A DNA stretch of 64,000 nt from Callorhinchus milii. Its lineage: Eukaryota. Numbering within the stretch: position 1 is the stretch's first letter; each line of letters begins with the position of its first letter. The notes below the pieces were generated by a model. The model was given only the letters and a program-made list of their open reading frames with translations. It was not told the origin of the DNA and did not search any database. The translations under genes were made by a program, and so were the position numbers. The stretch lies in the NCBI RefSeq assembly GCF_018977255.1, contig NW_024704742.1, positions 137,146,001 to 137,210,000 on the forward strand, in the 5' to 3' direction. This document shows positions 13,163-26,764 of the stretch, piece by piece.

Positions 13163-14169
13163 AGTGTTCCCGCAAAGAGTTAACTGCAATAGGATTTCAA
13201 TAGGTTAAAGCCTCGCACATTAACCTTCTGGATCCCGGCCGCTGCCCAATGCTGTGTGAGAGGCCGTGTAGCTGCCAGCTTTCCGCTGCCTGTCACTCTG
13301 GAGAGAAAATACCTCAGCGAAAGCTAATGAACTCCTTTGCCTTTTCCATGAATTTCAAGTGCGGATAATTGGAATTCCAACAAAGGACAATTGGGATCCA
13401 GGATAATTACCCAACCTTTCCAATTACAAAATTTAATGGCTTTTTTTTTCCCTGCCTCTCCCGTATACTCTCTCTCTCTCTCGCTCTCTCTCTCTCGCTC
13501 TCTCTCTCTCCACCCATTCAGAGTCCTGCAGCGTAGTGGTTAGAGCAGGAGGACACGGGTTCAATTCCCGGTAAGTTCAGTAAGTTTCGTTACTCCACAC
13601 TGTTTACCCAGCAGTAAGTAGGAACCCGGTTGCTAGTCGATTGGCGGATCGCTTTCTGGGGGTAATAATTCCTCCCCAAAAAAATAATAATCCTTACATT
13701 TGATATAGTGACTTATTATGTCTTTGCGACATCTCAAAGCGCTTCACAGAATATACTGTTAAGTGAATTGGGCAGCCAATTGCACACAGCAGTGTCCCAC
13801 AAACAGTCATAGATTGAGTCGTTGATTGAGTGACTAAATTATTATTAATTTTTTAATTTGATTTATTTTTGAAGGGATTATTATCAAACCGCGGAGGAAA
13901 AATAAAAGGGAATTAAAAGGGAGGTTGGAGGACATTTCTTTGCACAGAGGGAATGACATCTTCTCTGACACAATCAGAAGCCTGTCTGTCAATTCTTTTT
14001 ATAATGGTGATAATCCTTGCATTTGATTCAGCACCAGGTGGGGAGGATGTCCCCAGATCCTTCACAGGATTTTCAGTGAAGTGTAGTGACTGTGTTTTTT
14101 GTAGGCAAACACCACAGCCAATTTTCAAAGAGCAATGTCCACAAATAGCAATGAGGTGAGTGATCAGGG

Positions 14170-14446
14170 ATTTGGACCCAAGCTGGGGGTTGGGATCAGG
14201 AAGCGTGGAGGGCAGGGAGGGTGGGGGTAGAAGGGTGACGGAAGGCGCGGTCGAAGAGGAGATCTTAAGATGGCCCTTGAAGGAGTCAAGAGAGGGAGCG
14301 AGGCGAAGGAATGTGGGATGGAGTTCCAAAGGGTAGGGGGCAGAGAGGCTGAAGTCCCGACAGCCGATGGTGAGGCGGGCCAGTAGGGGACATGGAGTAG
14401 CCCGGAACCTGCTGAGTGGAGGGAGTGGACAGGTCAGTATAGAGTT
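14170..14446 (-). mobile_element. L2 LINE 3' fragment ending at an assembly gap
   Basis: LRLAPSLDSFKGHLK-type motif. Confidence 0.7.
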
Positions 14447-14470
14447 NNNNNNNNNNNNNNNNNNNNNNNN
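14447..14470. other. Assembly gap (24 N)
   Basis: Run of n; another single n is at 32905. Confidence 1.
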
Positions 14471-14743
14471 NAATAATATAATAATAATTGGTCACCTCAA
14501 CCCGCGACTGTTTGTGGGACGCTGCTGTGTTTCTCCCACAAAACGTACAGTCAATTCACTTCACTGTGAAGCGCTTTGAGACGTCTCGAAGACGCGATAC
14601 GACGCTGCCTCAGATGCAAGAATTATTATTCTATTGATATCGTTGATTATAACAACACTCTTTCCCCCTTCTCTGTCCCCCTCCGTCTACCTGTCCTTTG
14701 CAGGTGTGGTGCAGCACTGCGCAAGTTGCCGAAGGGAGTGCTT

Positions 14744-16341
14744 ATGGAGGGTGTGTGCAGTCCAATGGCCAGACCTGGGGACCTCATCTCCTCGCCGGCC
14801 TCCTCCTTCGACCCCGAGCCACTGGGACCGGCCAGGCTACCAAGAGTGGCTCTCAAAGCCAACCAGGTGGGGCAAGTGGTGTTGTACGGGGTGCCCATCG
14901 TGTCCCTGGTCATCGACAGCATCGAGCGCCTGTGCCTGGCTCAAATCTCCAACACGTTGCTCAAGAGCTACAGCTACAACGAGATCCACAACAGGAGGGT
15001 GGCTCTGGGCATCACTTGCGTCCAGTGCACTCCGGTCCAACTGGAGATCCTGCGGCGAGCGGGAGCCATGCCTATCTCCAGCAGGAGGTGCGGGATGATC
15101 ACCAAGAGGGAAGCCGAGAGGCTTTGCAAGTCCTTTCTGGGCGAGAACTCTCCGCCCAAGTTGCCGGACAACTTCGCCTTCGACGTGAGCCACGAGTGTG
15201 CCTGGGGCTCGCGGGGAAGTTTCATCCCAGCGCGTTACAACAGCTCTCGGGCCAAGTGCATCAAGTGCGCGTACTGCAGCATGTACTTCTCCCCCAACAA
15301 GTTCATCTTCCACTCGCACCGGACCCCGGAGTCCAAGTACACCCAACCCGACGCCGCCAACTTCAACTCCTGGCGACGGCACCTGAAGCTGAGTGAGAGG
15401 ACCCCCCCCCAGGAGCTGGCCTACGCCTGGGAGGACGTCAAAGCCATGTTCAACGGGGGCAGCCGCAAACGCACCGCCCCCTCCTCCTCCCACAAGGTCC
15501 TCGGGGGCCACCTGAGCCACCTGCTGGCCCCGGCCCCGGGGATGGCCCCCAAAGTCACCGGCTTCAGTCGGGGCCCCGAGTTGGGGCCCCGGGCGGACCT
15601 GGAGCCAGAAGTGGAGGCCGAGGCCCCCCCCAGGAAGAGCGCGCGTAGTTTCCCGGTCATCCCCGTCCCCAGCAAGGGCTTCGGGATGCTCCACAAGTTC
15701 CCCTCCGCCGCCTCACTCTTCCCCGGTCCCTACGCGTTTCCCGCCTTCGGGATTTGCCAGAAGAAGGAGGACGGCGGTGGGGAGGGGGTGTGGACCCCCT
15801 ATTGGGGGGCAACAAGCCTGGGGGGCTGTCGGGTCTGCTCTGGCCTGGGAGGAAGGACGCTTTCTACCCACCCCTCTGCATGTTCTGGCCCTCGAGACAA
15901 GCCGCCTACATCCACCCCCCACCCACAGCAGCCGTGGCTTCGCTCGCGGAGACCCCCAATGCGAGGCGAGGCTTCCCGGACCCCGGGGACCTGATCGCGC
16001 CCCTTCGGGATGGGCTGTACGACAGCGACGGACTCAGTGGTCTCCTCGCCCCCGGGCACAGGCTGGAGGCGGATGGGGGCGAGAGGCAAGCGGGGGGCTT
16101 GGTCCCAGGCAAGCCCGGCTATCTGTCCGCCTTCAGGCCCGTCCTCAAAGACCACCCAAGCCTGGCGCAGATCCACCGCCACTCCCCGCCCCCCAGCAGC
16201 GACGGGGACAGCGGGGACAGCGCTGGGGAGCAGGAGGTGGACGTGGGGGAGAGCTGTGAGGCCACCCGCCCGGACAGGGGGGGCGAGGAGGGGCGAGAAG
16301 GCAACCACAGCCCCCGCTCGCTCACTCCCTCCAGCTCACAT
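14744..16341 (+). CDS. SKOR2: SKI family transcriptional corepressor 2, large first coding exon (Dachshund-homology + SAND-like domains); apparent 1-nt frameshift near 15784-15788
   Basis: Translation QVGQVVLYGVPIVSLVID...LCLAQISNTLLK..SYNEIHNRRVALGITCVQCTPVQLEILRRAGAMPISSRRCGMITKREAERLCKSFLGENSPPKLPDNFAFDVSHECAWG is SKOR, and GENxPPKLPDNFAFDVS is the SKOR2-type variant. The acceptor tttgcag ends at 14703, the ATG is at 14744 and a GT donor is at 16342. The downstream motif GLSGLLWPGRKDAFYPPLCMFWP lies in a different frame. Confidence 0.93.
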
Positions 16342-17206
16342 GTAAATATCCACTCTTTTTTTGGGGCATATTTTATCTCTCGTCTCTCGACTTTCTCTCA
16401 TTGCAATTTGGGGGCTTGGATTTACTCACATCATATAAAGATTCTCCCCTCCTCCCCTGCGCCCGCACCCCTCCCTCACACACCCTCCCCCCCCACCCAC
16501 CTCTCTCTCTCTCTCTCTTCCCTTCATCTCTCCACCCCCTCTCTCTCTCTCCCCCCACCCCACCCCTCACCCCTTCATCTCTCCACCCTCTCTCTCCACC
16601 CCTCCACCCCCGCGCCTTCTCTCTCTCTCCCCACCCCTCACCCCTTCATCTCCCCACCCTCTCTCCCCCCGCCCCACCCCTGCGCCCCTTCTCTCTCCCC
16701 CCACCCCTCACCCCTTCACCTCTCCACCATCTGTCCCCCCCCTTCTCTCTCTCTTTCTCCTGCTCTCCTCTTGGATTTCAGATATAAATCAGACGTGTCT
16801 TATTGAACGGCGGAACAGGCTCGAGGGGCTGAATAGCTTACTCCTGTTGCTATGTTCCCTGCTCTCCCTCTCCCCCGGCCCCTCTCCCTCTCTCCCCCTT
16901 CCTTCTCTCTTTACCTGAGAACCCGGTTGTTAGTCGATTGGGGGAATGGCTTTTCCAGGGGTAACATTCCCTTAAAAAAATAATAATTTGGTCACTCAAT
17001 CCACGACTGTTTGCGGGAAACTGCTGTACACCGTCGGCTGCTGCGTTTGACGCACAACATATACGTAAATTCCCCTTTGCGATACATTATGTGAAGCGCT
17101 TTTAGACGTCGCGAAGATGTGTCAAATGCAAGAATTATTATCAATATTCCTCTTCTTCTCCCCTTCTCTCTCTCCCTCTTCTTCCCCCCTTCTCTCTCTC
17201 CTCTTT

Positions 17207-17239
<33 letters not shown>

Positions 17240-17724
17240 AACTGCCCCTTCTGTCTCTCCTCCCTTCCCTCTTTCTTTCCCTCTCCCTCTCCTCTCCCAC
17301 CCACTCCCCCTTTCCCCCCATCTCTCCCTCTCCCCTTCTCGCTCCCGTCTCTTATCCCCTTCCCCTCTTCTCTCTCTCTCTCTCCATCTCCATCCATTCT
17401 CTCTCCCCTTCCCTCTCTCCCACTTGTCTCTCCTTTCTCTCTCTCTCTCTCCCCATTCTCTTGCTTCCTCCCCCCCCCCCCCCCCCAATTCTCTCTGTAT
17501 CTGGGTGGGAGTGGGGTGGGGGGTGGGGTTGGGAGGGGGTTTAGCTGTAAATTATCCCACATACCCTTCACACCTCTGTGTCTGTGTACCACCACAGCTC
17601 ACTAACATGCGGCTTTCGCGACATGGGACCTGTGGTTCCACCCCACCCTGTGCCCCTGTCCATCGACACGGCCACATCACTGCGCATCTTATATTATCTT
17701 TTATTTATACCGTATTCATTCCTT

Positions 17725-18172
17725 GTGTGTGTGTGTGTGTGTCTGTGCCTATCGTCATCTGTTAAACCCAGAAAGATCAACACATCTAATGTGTGTGTGT
17801 GTTGTTGTTGTTGTTGTTGTTGTTGTGTTGTGTGTGGCTCTATTTGTCTCTGTGTCTGTGTGTGTGTGTGTGTGTGTATGTATGTCTGTTGGTGTGTCTC
17901 TCTGTGTTTCTGTGCATGTGTGTGTCTGTGTGTCTCTGTGTGTTTCTCTCTCTCTCTGTGTTTCTGTGTGTGTGTGTGTCTCTGTGTGTGTCTCTGTGTG
18001 TTTCTGTGTGTGTGTCTCTATTTCTGTGTTTGTCTCTGTGTGTGTGTCTGCATTTCTGTCTGTGTGTGTGTGTGTCTCTGTGTCTCTCTCTCTCTCTCTC
18101 TGTGTCTCTCTCTGTGTGTATGTGTCTGTGTGTGTGTCTGTTTATGTCTGTCTCTGTGTGTGTGTGTGTGTC

Positions 18173-18203
<31 letters not shown>

Positions 18204-20400
18204 CTGTTGGTGTGTCTCTCTGTGTTTCTGTGCATGTGTGTGTCTGTGTGTCTCTGTGTGTTTCTCTCTCTCTCTGTGTTTCTGTGTGTGTGTGTGTGTC
18301 TCTGTGTGTGTCTCTGTGTGTTTCTGTGTGTGTGTGTGTGTCTCTGTGTGTGTCTCTGTGTGTTTCTGTGTGTGTGTGTGTGTGTCTCTGTGTGTGTGTG
18401 TGTCTCTCTCTCTGTGTCTGTGTGTGTGTGTATCTCTCTCTGTGTCTGTGTCTGTGTGTTTGTGTGTGTGTCTGTGTGTGTGTCTCTCTCTGTCTGTGTG
18501 TGTGTGTGTGTCTCTGTGTCTGTGTGTGTGTGTCTGTGTGTGTGTCTGTGTGTGTGTGTGTCTGGGTGTCTGTGTGTGTGTGTCTCTCTCTGTCTCTCTG
18601 TGTGTGTGTGTCTCTCTGTGTGTCCCTGTCTGTGTCTGTGTCTGTCTGTGTGGGTGTCTGGGTGTCTGTGTGTCTCTCACTGTGTGTGTCTGTGTGTGTG
18701 TGTCTGTCTGTGTGTGTGTGTGTGTGTCTGTGTGTCTCTCTCTGTGTGTGTCTGTGTGTCTCTCTCTGTGTGTGTGTCTGTGTGTCTCTCTCTGTGTGTG
18801 TCTGTGTCTCTCTCTGTGTGTGTCTGTGTGTCTCTGTGTGTCTGTGTCTCTCTCTGTGTGTGTCTGTGTGTCTCTCTCTGTGTGTGTCTGTGTGTCTCTC
18901 TCTGTCTGTGTCTGTGTGTGTGTGTGTGTGTCTGTGTGTCTCTCTCTGTGTGTGTCTGTGTGTCTCTCTCTGTGTGTGTCTGTGTGTCTCTCTGTGTGTG
19001 TGTCTGTGTGTCTCTCTGTGTGTGTGTCTGTGTGTCTCTCTGTGTGTGTGTCTGTGTGTCTCTCTGTGTGTGTGTCTGTGTGTCTCTCTGTGTGTGTGTC
19101 TGTGTGTGTCTCTGTGTGTGTCTGTGCGTCTCTCTCTGTGTGTGTCTGTGCGTCTCTCTCTGTATGTGTCTGTGCGTCTCTCTCTGTGTGTGTCTGTGCG
19201 TCTCTCTGTGTGTGTGTGTCTGTGCGTCTCTCTCTGTGTGTGTCTGTGCGTCTCTCTCTGTGTGTGTCTGTGCGTCTCTCTCTGTGTGTGTCTGTGCGTC
19301 TCTCTCTGTGTGTGTCTGTGTGTCTCTCTCTGTGTGTGTCTGTATGTCTCTCTCTGTGTGTGTCTGTGTGTCTCTCTCTGTGTGTGTGTCTGTGTGTGTC
19401 TGTGTGTCTCTCTCTGTGTGTGTCTGTGTGTCTCTCTGTCTGTGTGTCTCTCTCTGTGTGTGTCTGTGTGTCTCTCTCTGTGTGTGTCTGTGTGTCTCTC
19501 TCTGTGTGTGTCTGTGTGTCTCTCTCTGTGTGTGTCTGTGTGTCTCTCTCTGTGTGTGTCTGTGTGTCTCTCTGTGTGTGTGTCTGTGTGTCTCTCTGTG
19601 TGTCTCTCTGTGTGTGTGTCTGTGTGTGTCTCTCTGTGTGTGTCTGTGCGTCTCTCTCTGTGTGTGTCTGTGCGTCTCTCTCTGTGTGTGTCTGTGCGTC
19701 TCTCTCTCTGGGTGTCTGTGCGTCTCTCTCTCTGGGTGTCTGTGCGTCTCTCTCTCTGGGTGTCTGTGCGTCTCTCTCTGTGTGTGTCTGTGTGTCTCTC
19801 TCTGTGTGTGTCTGTGTGTCTCTCTCTGTGTGTGTCTGTGTGTCTCTCTGTGTGTGTGTGTCTGTGTGTGTCTGTGTGTCTCTCTCTGTGTGTGTCTGTG
19901 TGTCTCTCTCTGTGTGTCTGTGTGTCTCTCTCTGTGTGTGTCTGTGTGTCTCCTCTGTGTGTGTCTGTGTGTCTCTCTCTGTGTGTCTTTGTGTGTGTCT
20001 GTGTGTGTGTCTGTGTGTCTCTCTCTGTGTGTGTCTGTGTGTCTCTCTCTGTGTGTGTCTGTGTGTCTCTCTCTGTGTGTGTGTCTGTGTGTGTCTGTGT
20101 GTCTCTCTGTGTGTGTGTCTGTGTGTCTCTCTCTGTGTGTGTCTGTGTGTCTCTGTGTGTGTGTGTGTCTGTGTGTCTCTCTGTGTGTGTGTGTCTGTGT
20201 GTCTCTCTCTGTGTGTGTCTGTGTGTCTCTCTCTGTGTGTGTCTGTGTGTCTCTCTCTGTGTGTGTCTGTGTGTCTCTGTGTGTGTCTGTGTGTCTCTCT
20301 CTGTGTGTGTCTGTGTGTCTCTCTCTGTGTGTGTCTGTGTGTCTCTCTCTCTGTGTGTGTCTGTGTGTCTCTCTCTGTGTGTGTCTGTGTGTCTCTCTCT
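17725..20400. repeat. 2.7-kb compound (TG)/(TC) microsatellite with ~22-bp higher-order unit in SKOR2 intron
   Basis: tctctctgtgtgtgtctgtgtg iterations; source of the spurious 600-960 aa ORFs. Confidence 0.95.
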
Positions 20401-20414
20401 TGCCCTCTCCACAG

Positions 20415-20475
20415 AGCCATAGGAATGAGATCAAACAGAACTCCGACTCTCCCCAAATAGACGCCGACTCTTCCA
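20415..20475 (+). CDS. SKOR2: SKOR2 internal exon ([20 protein letters not shown])
   Basis: Polypyrimidine + cag acceptor and gtgagt donor. Phase 0 to 1 joins the flanking exons in frame. Poorly conserved region. Confidence 0.65.
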
Positions 20476-21089
20476 GTGAGTAATCATTTTTTTCGATAAA
20501 AATGTAGGGGTAATGGGTTTGGGGGGTGAGGGGAGTTGAGAAGGGGGTGAGTGTGAATGTGTGTGTGTGTGGGGGGGGGAGTAATTGGGGAATGGGGGTA
20601 AGAGAATGGAGCAGTCAGTTTTGTAACTACCTAACAAATGCCTGGGGATGTATGTGTCACGCGTGTGAGTGTGATATGTGTGTGGATATGGTGTGTATGT
20701 ATCATATGTGCATGTTGTGTGTGATATTTGTGTGGTATGTGTGTGTGGATGATGCGTATGTGCTTGATATGCGTGTGTTTGATATGTGTATCTGTGATAT
20801 GTGTGTGCATGTATGTGACGTGTTTGTGTGCGATGTTTGTATGTGTGGTATGTGTGCGTGTGTGGAGTGTGTATATGTGTGTGTGTGTGCAGTATGTGTA
20901 TGTGCGCGATATGTGTATGTGTCGGTGTGTGATATTTGTGTGGTGTGTGTTCGTCTATGTATGTGTGTGTGATATGTGTGTGTATATGATGTGTATGCGT
21001 GTCGGTGTGTGTCTGTTTGATATGTGTGTGTATATGTTATGTATGTTTGTGTGTTGTATGTGATATATGTGTGTATGTCTCTCTCACAG

Positions 21090-21164
21090 GTGATACTAAA
21101 CAAGGGGACTGCACATTGGATGAACCAAAGAGATTAGCAGTTGGATTTTGGACGGAGGGGGAAG
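21090..21164 (+). CDS. SKOR2: SKOR2 internal exon (DTKQGDCTLDEPKRLAVGFWTEGE)
   Basis: cacag/gtgagg boundaries, 75 nt, phase 1-1. FW motif at the position of SKOR2 'DFWRERSG'. Confidence 0.75.
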
Positions 21165-22195
21165 GTGAGGGTATAAATATTAATTTATTTGTATAACATT
21201 TTATTATAAAACATAATATATAATTCTACAGTTGTGTTATAGCTTTTTCAATATAAAAGGAGGGGAAACAACTGGCGTTATAAACCCAGAGATTTTTTTG
21301 GGGGAAAAAAGCTACAGTTAAAAGGTTAAAATTGAAAATAAGGCCAAAAATTTTTAAAAGGAAAATTCAGATTATTTTTTATCTGTTTCTGATATGCGAT
21401 TAAAAATGATCAACAGCAGTGACAAAATATTGTTCATAATGGTGCGTGCCAAGTGATGTTAATAGTGAAATATTATCAGTAATCTTAATATAATAATAAT
21501 AATAATTGCATTTGATACAGCGCCTCATCACGTCTTCGAGACGTCTCAAAGCGCTTCACAGATATACTGTAAAGTGAATTGACTGTATATTATTATTATC
21601 ATCATTATTATTTTTTGAAGAGACTATTATCCTCGGACCCCAATAAATGATGTGAACAGCAAAACATTATGATTAATATTGATATTGGAATGTTATTAAT
21701 TGCCTTTGATACAGCGCCCCTCGCGTCTCGCTGTGAAGTGTAGTGACTGTGTGGTCTGCATTGGATTGAATTACAAAGTTGTAGCCGAAACTAAAGTTGC
21801 AGCAAAATGTAATTTTTTTGGGTTTAAAAAAAAACCCGCCTTGTATATTAAAAAAAAATGTGTTTTTTTTAAATATAATTATCCTCTCGCTCCAAAAATG
21901 GTCTCATATCTATATTAAACTCCCTGGCTTTGTACAATAACTGAGTTTTATGGCGTCTATCTCGACACTGATGTTAATAAGTTAATAAGTCCCCCGTATA
22001 AAATACATTAGACCTTTTTTTTTTCCCTTTATTATCTTAAAGCAAATTAAACGGATCTCGTTTTTTTCTCATTGCTAAATGTCGCCCAGGGGTTGTAGCT
22101 AAGACAGGGAAGGACGTGATGGAGAATGTGACGGACGGTCTCAATAGAGCTGTGTTTCAAGGCGCTGGGAGAGAGAGGGAGAGAGCGAGCGAGAG

Positions 22196-22231
<36 letters not shown>

Positions 22232-22392
22232 GGCGAGGAATCAAATCTAATTTGCGATTTATGTAATGCAAGCTCGTTTGGCTCTGACCATCCACGGTTA
22301 ATTGACTGTCAAACGAGATTTGTATCCTTAGGCTACGTCTGAAACTGTGCCTGTCACACACACAGAGACAGAAACAGAGAGAGAGAGAGAGA

Positions 22393-22435
<43 letters not shown>

Positions 22436-23194
22436 CCAGAAAGAGCTTTGGGAGTCCGAAAAGCTCTCCCTTTTTTTTTTTTGGTGGGGGTTGAGGATGA
22501 AAAATCGGCGTCTCTTGTGAAATGCATCATTTTAGATTTCAGCTGAGTTTTAAGAAATGAATTTGCCGGAATCAACTTCACGGTAATAATAATCCTTGCA
22601 TTTAAAATAACGCCCTATCACATCTTCGAGACGTCTCGAAGCACTGCACCGAATATACAGTAAAGTGAATTGACCGTATATTTTGCGGACGAAATGTTGC
22701 ATCGGTAGATGAACGGTGTAGTCAGGAATCTTAATGCGGGTGTGTGTGTGTGTGTGTGTGTGGAATTTTAGATAAGTCCATGTGAAAGATTCCCAACACA
22801 GAAACAGTTTTTTTGCACAATTTATTCATTTCAAAACGTTCATTTTCCCACAATGGAAATTGTCATTTGGTTTTATCCCTCTTATCTGTCTTAATGACGG
22901 CAATTTGGTCACTCAATCCACGTCCATGGGACGCTGCTGTGCGCAATTGGCTGCCGTGTTTCACCCACAGTCACTGCACTTTACAGTATATGAAAGCTCA
23001 ACAACGCGATAAGGCGCCATATCAATAATTATTATTGTCCTCTATTTTTCTGAACGATAAAGGTTTAGAAACTGCGCTCGAATTGAGGAAGGGGGAGAGA
23101 TGTCTCACCTATGGGAACAATTTTTAGATGCGAAAAATTGGAATTTGGGGGCTATTTGAATTATTATTAAAAAAATTGCTGTTTTCTACACTAG

Positions 23195-23260
23195 GTGATA
23201 AAGTGCAAGATTCGCCCACAGCCCATCCCATGAAGACAGATCTGGATAACATGGAGAAAG
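23195..23260 (+). CDS. SKOR2: SKOR2 internal exon (GDKVQDSPTAHPMKTDLDNMEK)
   Basis: ctag/gtgaga boundaries, 66 nt, phase 1-1. Resembles SKOR2 'HSLKKDVENMGK'. Confidence 0.85.
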
Positions 23261-25766
23261 GTGAGAACAAGATGGAGATGCGGGTGTTAAATTAGATCAA
23301 ATAAACTACCTGTGAAAGGTAATAATAATAATAATAATAATCCTTGAATTTGATAGAACGCCTTATCACATCGTTGAGGCATCTCAAAGTGCTTCATAGA
23401 ATATATATAAAGTGAATTGACTGTATTATCTTGTGGGAAACACGCAGCAGCCAAGAGAAGGCAAGACTGACATATTTAAAGTCTTTTTAATGATTTAATA
23501 ATAATAATAATAATAATGGTCTGATTTGGTCACTCAACCCACGGCTGTTTATGGGACACCGCTGTGCGCAATTAGCTCCCGCGTTTCGCCCACAAAATAC
23601 ACAGTCACTACACTTTACGGTATATTCTGGCAAGCGCTTTGAGACGTCTCAGCGACATGATCAAGCACTATATCAGATGCAAGGATTATTATTCCTTGCT
23701 TTGCACACGCAGCGCCTCAAGGATCAATCCCAGTGCCCTGGTGTGCTTGCTGCTAAGTGTAGTGACTGTGCGTTTGTAAGCAACAATGCCAGAAATCCCC
23801 CTGTTACGCTGAGCTCCCTGTCTGTGCCTCTTCTGTTGAGGATCCCGCTGTTGGAAAAGAAAAGGGAGTTTCTCTCTCCTGGTGTCCTGGCTGACACTGC
23901 TCTATTTATATGATTCCCTGACAGCTGTGTGCAAATTGGCAGCCGTGCTCAGCTCCGAAAACACAGTCACCGCATTTGACAACAAATTTCTGCCGTTAAG
24001 CTGTTTCAAAGTGATAAGGTGCTGTATCAAACACAAGGATTATTATTATTATTATTATATTATTGTGTATAAGGTATTGTAGAAAATATATCCAGAGACT
24101 TTCTCTAATCAGGATGTACGTGTAACTCTCACCTTAATCTACAGTACATTTGCCATTGTGAAATGTGAATCTTGGACATTTTATGTTAACAGTAATCCTT
24201 GCATTTAATATAGCGACTTATCACGTCTTCGAGACGTCTCAAAGCGCTTCACGGAATAGACTGTAAAGTGACTTGACTGTGTGTTCTGTGGACGAAATCT
24301 GTTTCTCATTTTCTCCTATACAATAGACATATAGATAGAAACATGTCTAGGTGTTAGGGATATAAATAGGTGTAGTTCCCTCTGCTGTGGGATTTCAGTC
24401 CATTGCGATGTAGTGTGTATTTTTGCTCACGTCTCTATGCACATACGAACCTGCATTTGGTCACTCAATCCACGACTGTTTGTGGGGACGCTGCTGTGCG
24501 CAATTGGCTGCTGCGTTTCGCCCACAAAAATACTCACTTTCACCGCACTTTACAGTATATGTTCTGTGAAACCTTTGTGATGTCTCGACATCATGATAAG
24601 GCGCTTTATCAAACGCAATAATTATTATTATTAGTAGTAATATTATTATTAACTCCACACCCACCACATTTCAGTACTGATATCAGGACTGGAAATAAAC
24701 CCATTTTTGGCAGATTCCCTGGTCTCTCACAATACACCTTTTTCCTCGTTTCATTTCAATTTGTTTCCTTTCTGAACAAATAGCTTTTTTTTTACACTCC
24801 TTATCCACCTGAGCTCACATGAGGAAAGTGGATAAATAGATAAATGGAGAAATAAGAAAGAGATATCTAGTGATACAGACATTGATATATAGAGGTTGAT
24901 ATATAGAGATAGAGAGGTTGTGTGATAAATAGAAAGAGAGAGAGAGAGGAATTAATTTCCTATTGATTTACTCAGCTGGGAGATTAGTGCTGGATGAATA
25001 AAAAGATAGATTAGGCAGATAGTGATGTAGAAAGTTAGATATAGATATTTATAGATAAAGATATAGAGATAATAATAAAGATGATAATCCTTACATTTGG
25101 AATAGCGCCTTATCACGTCTTCGAGACGTCTCAAAGCGCTTCACAGAATATACTGTAAAGTGAATTGACTGTATATATTGTGGGTGAAACATGGCAGCCA
25201 ATTGCACACAGTAATCTCACGAACAGTTGTGGATTGAATGACCAAATTTCTTTTATCTTAAGGGATTATTATTATTACTACCCCCGGAAAAGCAATCTGC
25301 CAATCGATTAACAACCGGGTTCCTACTTACTGCTAGATAAACAGGGATAGATATAAGATACAGGTAGGTAGGGCAATTAATCGTCAACTCTCATAGATCA
25401 ATGAGACAATTAATTGAGACAAACTGATAGAGATGGATGACGAAATGGAGCTCGGAACGCGATATAGAAGAGAGAGGCACATGGAAATGTTACAAGGTTT
25501 GACACAGAACCATACAGACATACACATAGATGAATTAACAGCTGATAGACTGACCGAGGGAGAGACAGAAAACAGCACCGGAACATGGATCCAGTTCGTT
25601 TTATTCAAATAAAACACAATTTCTCTGCGTGTGAGAGAGAGAGAGATAAAGTTTGTGTGTGTGTGAGAGAGGGAGTATGTGTGTGTTGGGAGAGAGATGT
25701 GTTGATATCTGTGATATTCAGCTCTCGCTCTTGTATGTAAACTCTGTCCTCGTCTATTTATTACAG

Positions 25767-25865
25767 AAGAGCTTCAAAAAGTCTTGTTGGAACAGATAGA
25801 TCTGAGGCGGAGGTTAGAGCAGCAATTTCAGGCACTCAGAGGAGCAAACCCCTTCACTGTTGTCA
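25767..25865 (+). CDS. SKOR2: SKOR2 coiled-coil exon (EELQKVLLEQIDLRRRLEQQFQALRGANPFTVV)
   Basis: ttacag/gtaagc boundaries, 99 nt. Near-identical to SKOR2 EELQKVLFEQIDLRRRLEQEFQ. Confidence 0.93.
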
Positions 25866-26764
25866 GTAAGCAATTATTATTGTCATTATTAACCCCTCCC
25901 TGACTCACCCCACCCTCACCCCGGCACGAACGCACCCTGGCTGTATTTTAATTCCCAGTTTCTGAGTCAGCGTCAGATGGTCTGACACAGTCCAGGTCAC
26001 AGCGAATGTCTGGGGTGGTGTAACCTGACCCCAAACACACACACCCGCACACATCCACACAAACAGACGCACACACACACACACCCCCCACACACACTCC
26101 CAATGAAACACACACCGCAGACACACACACCGCCCACACACCCACCCCACCCGCACACACACACACACACATTCACACCCCACCCGCGCACACACACACA
26201 CGCAAATACACACACAGCAGCAGGGCTAGAACCAGGAAATCACCCCATTAAAACATCTGTCGAACAGTTTGCTCTTTAAGTCTGGATTTCATTCTACAGC
26301 ACACACGTACACAAAATATTAGATATGTACATATAGATTACACGTGTACATATAGATCACATGTGTTCACATACATTACATGTGCTCACATAGGTTACAC
26401 ATGACACATGTGTAATTTCACGTGTACTGGAATAAACAGCCTGGCTCAGGCAGACATGATGGGGCAGAATTGTAGATCATTCCACCTTCAATAATAAAAT
26501 TGCATTAAAACCGATCATCAGTGGGTAACCGAACAGTCAAATCGATGTGTAGGGAGATGGGGAGGATAAAAGCCCAATTAATGTTTGCAAAATCTATGTG
26601 AGATGATCAAGAATGTTTCCGTTGAAAGCATTTTTACATTATTGTTCAAAAAAAAAACAAATCAACAGAGTTTTTCCTCCTCAGGTACAAGACTCCTGGC
26701 AGATCTGACCGGTGTTTTTTTTTTCTCTCCTCTTGTTTTTTTCCCACTTATTGTTTAAAACCAG

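Noticed and set aside
14698..15694. Alternative-frame and antisense ORFs over the SKOR2 exon
   Set aside because: By-product of GC-rich codon usage in the real CDS.
17598..17700. Possible extra SKOR2 exon after ccacag
   Set aside because: No convincing donor and no recognisable SKOR homology.
17578..20483. 600-960 aa ORFs rich in C/V/S/L or H/T/R/Q
   Set aside because: Stop-free translations of a TG/TC microsatellite in multiple frames on both strands.
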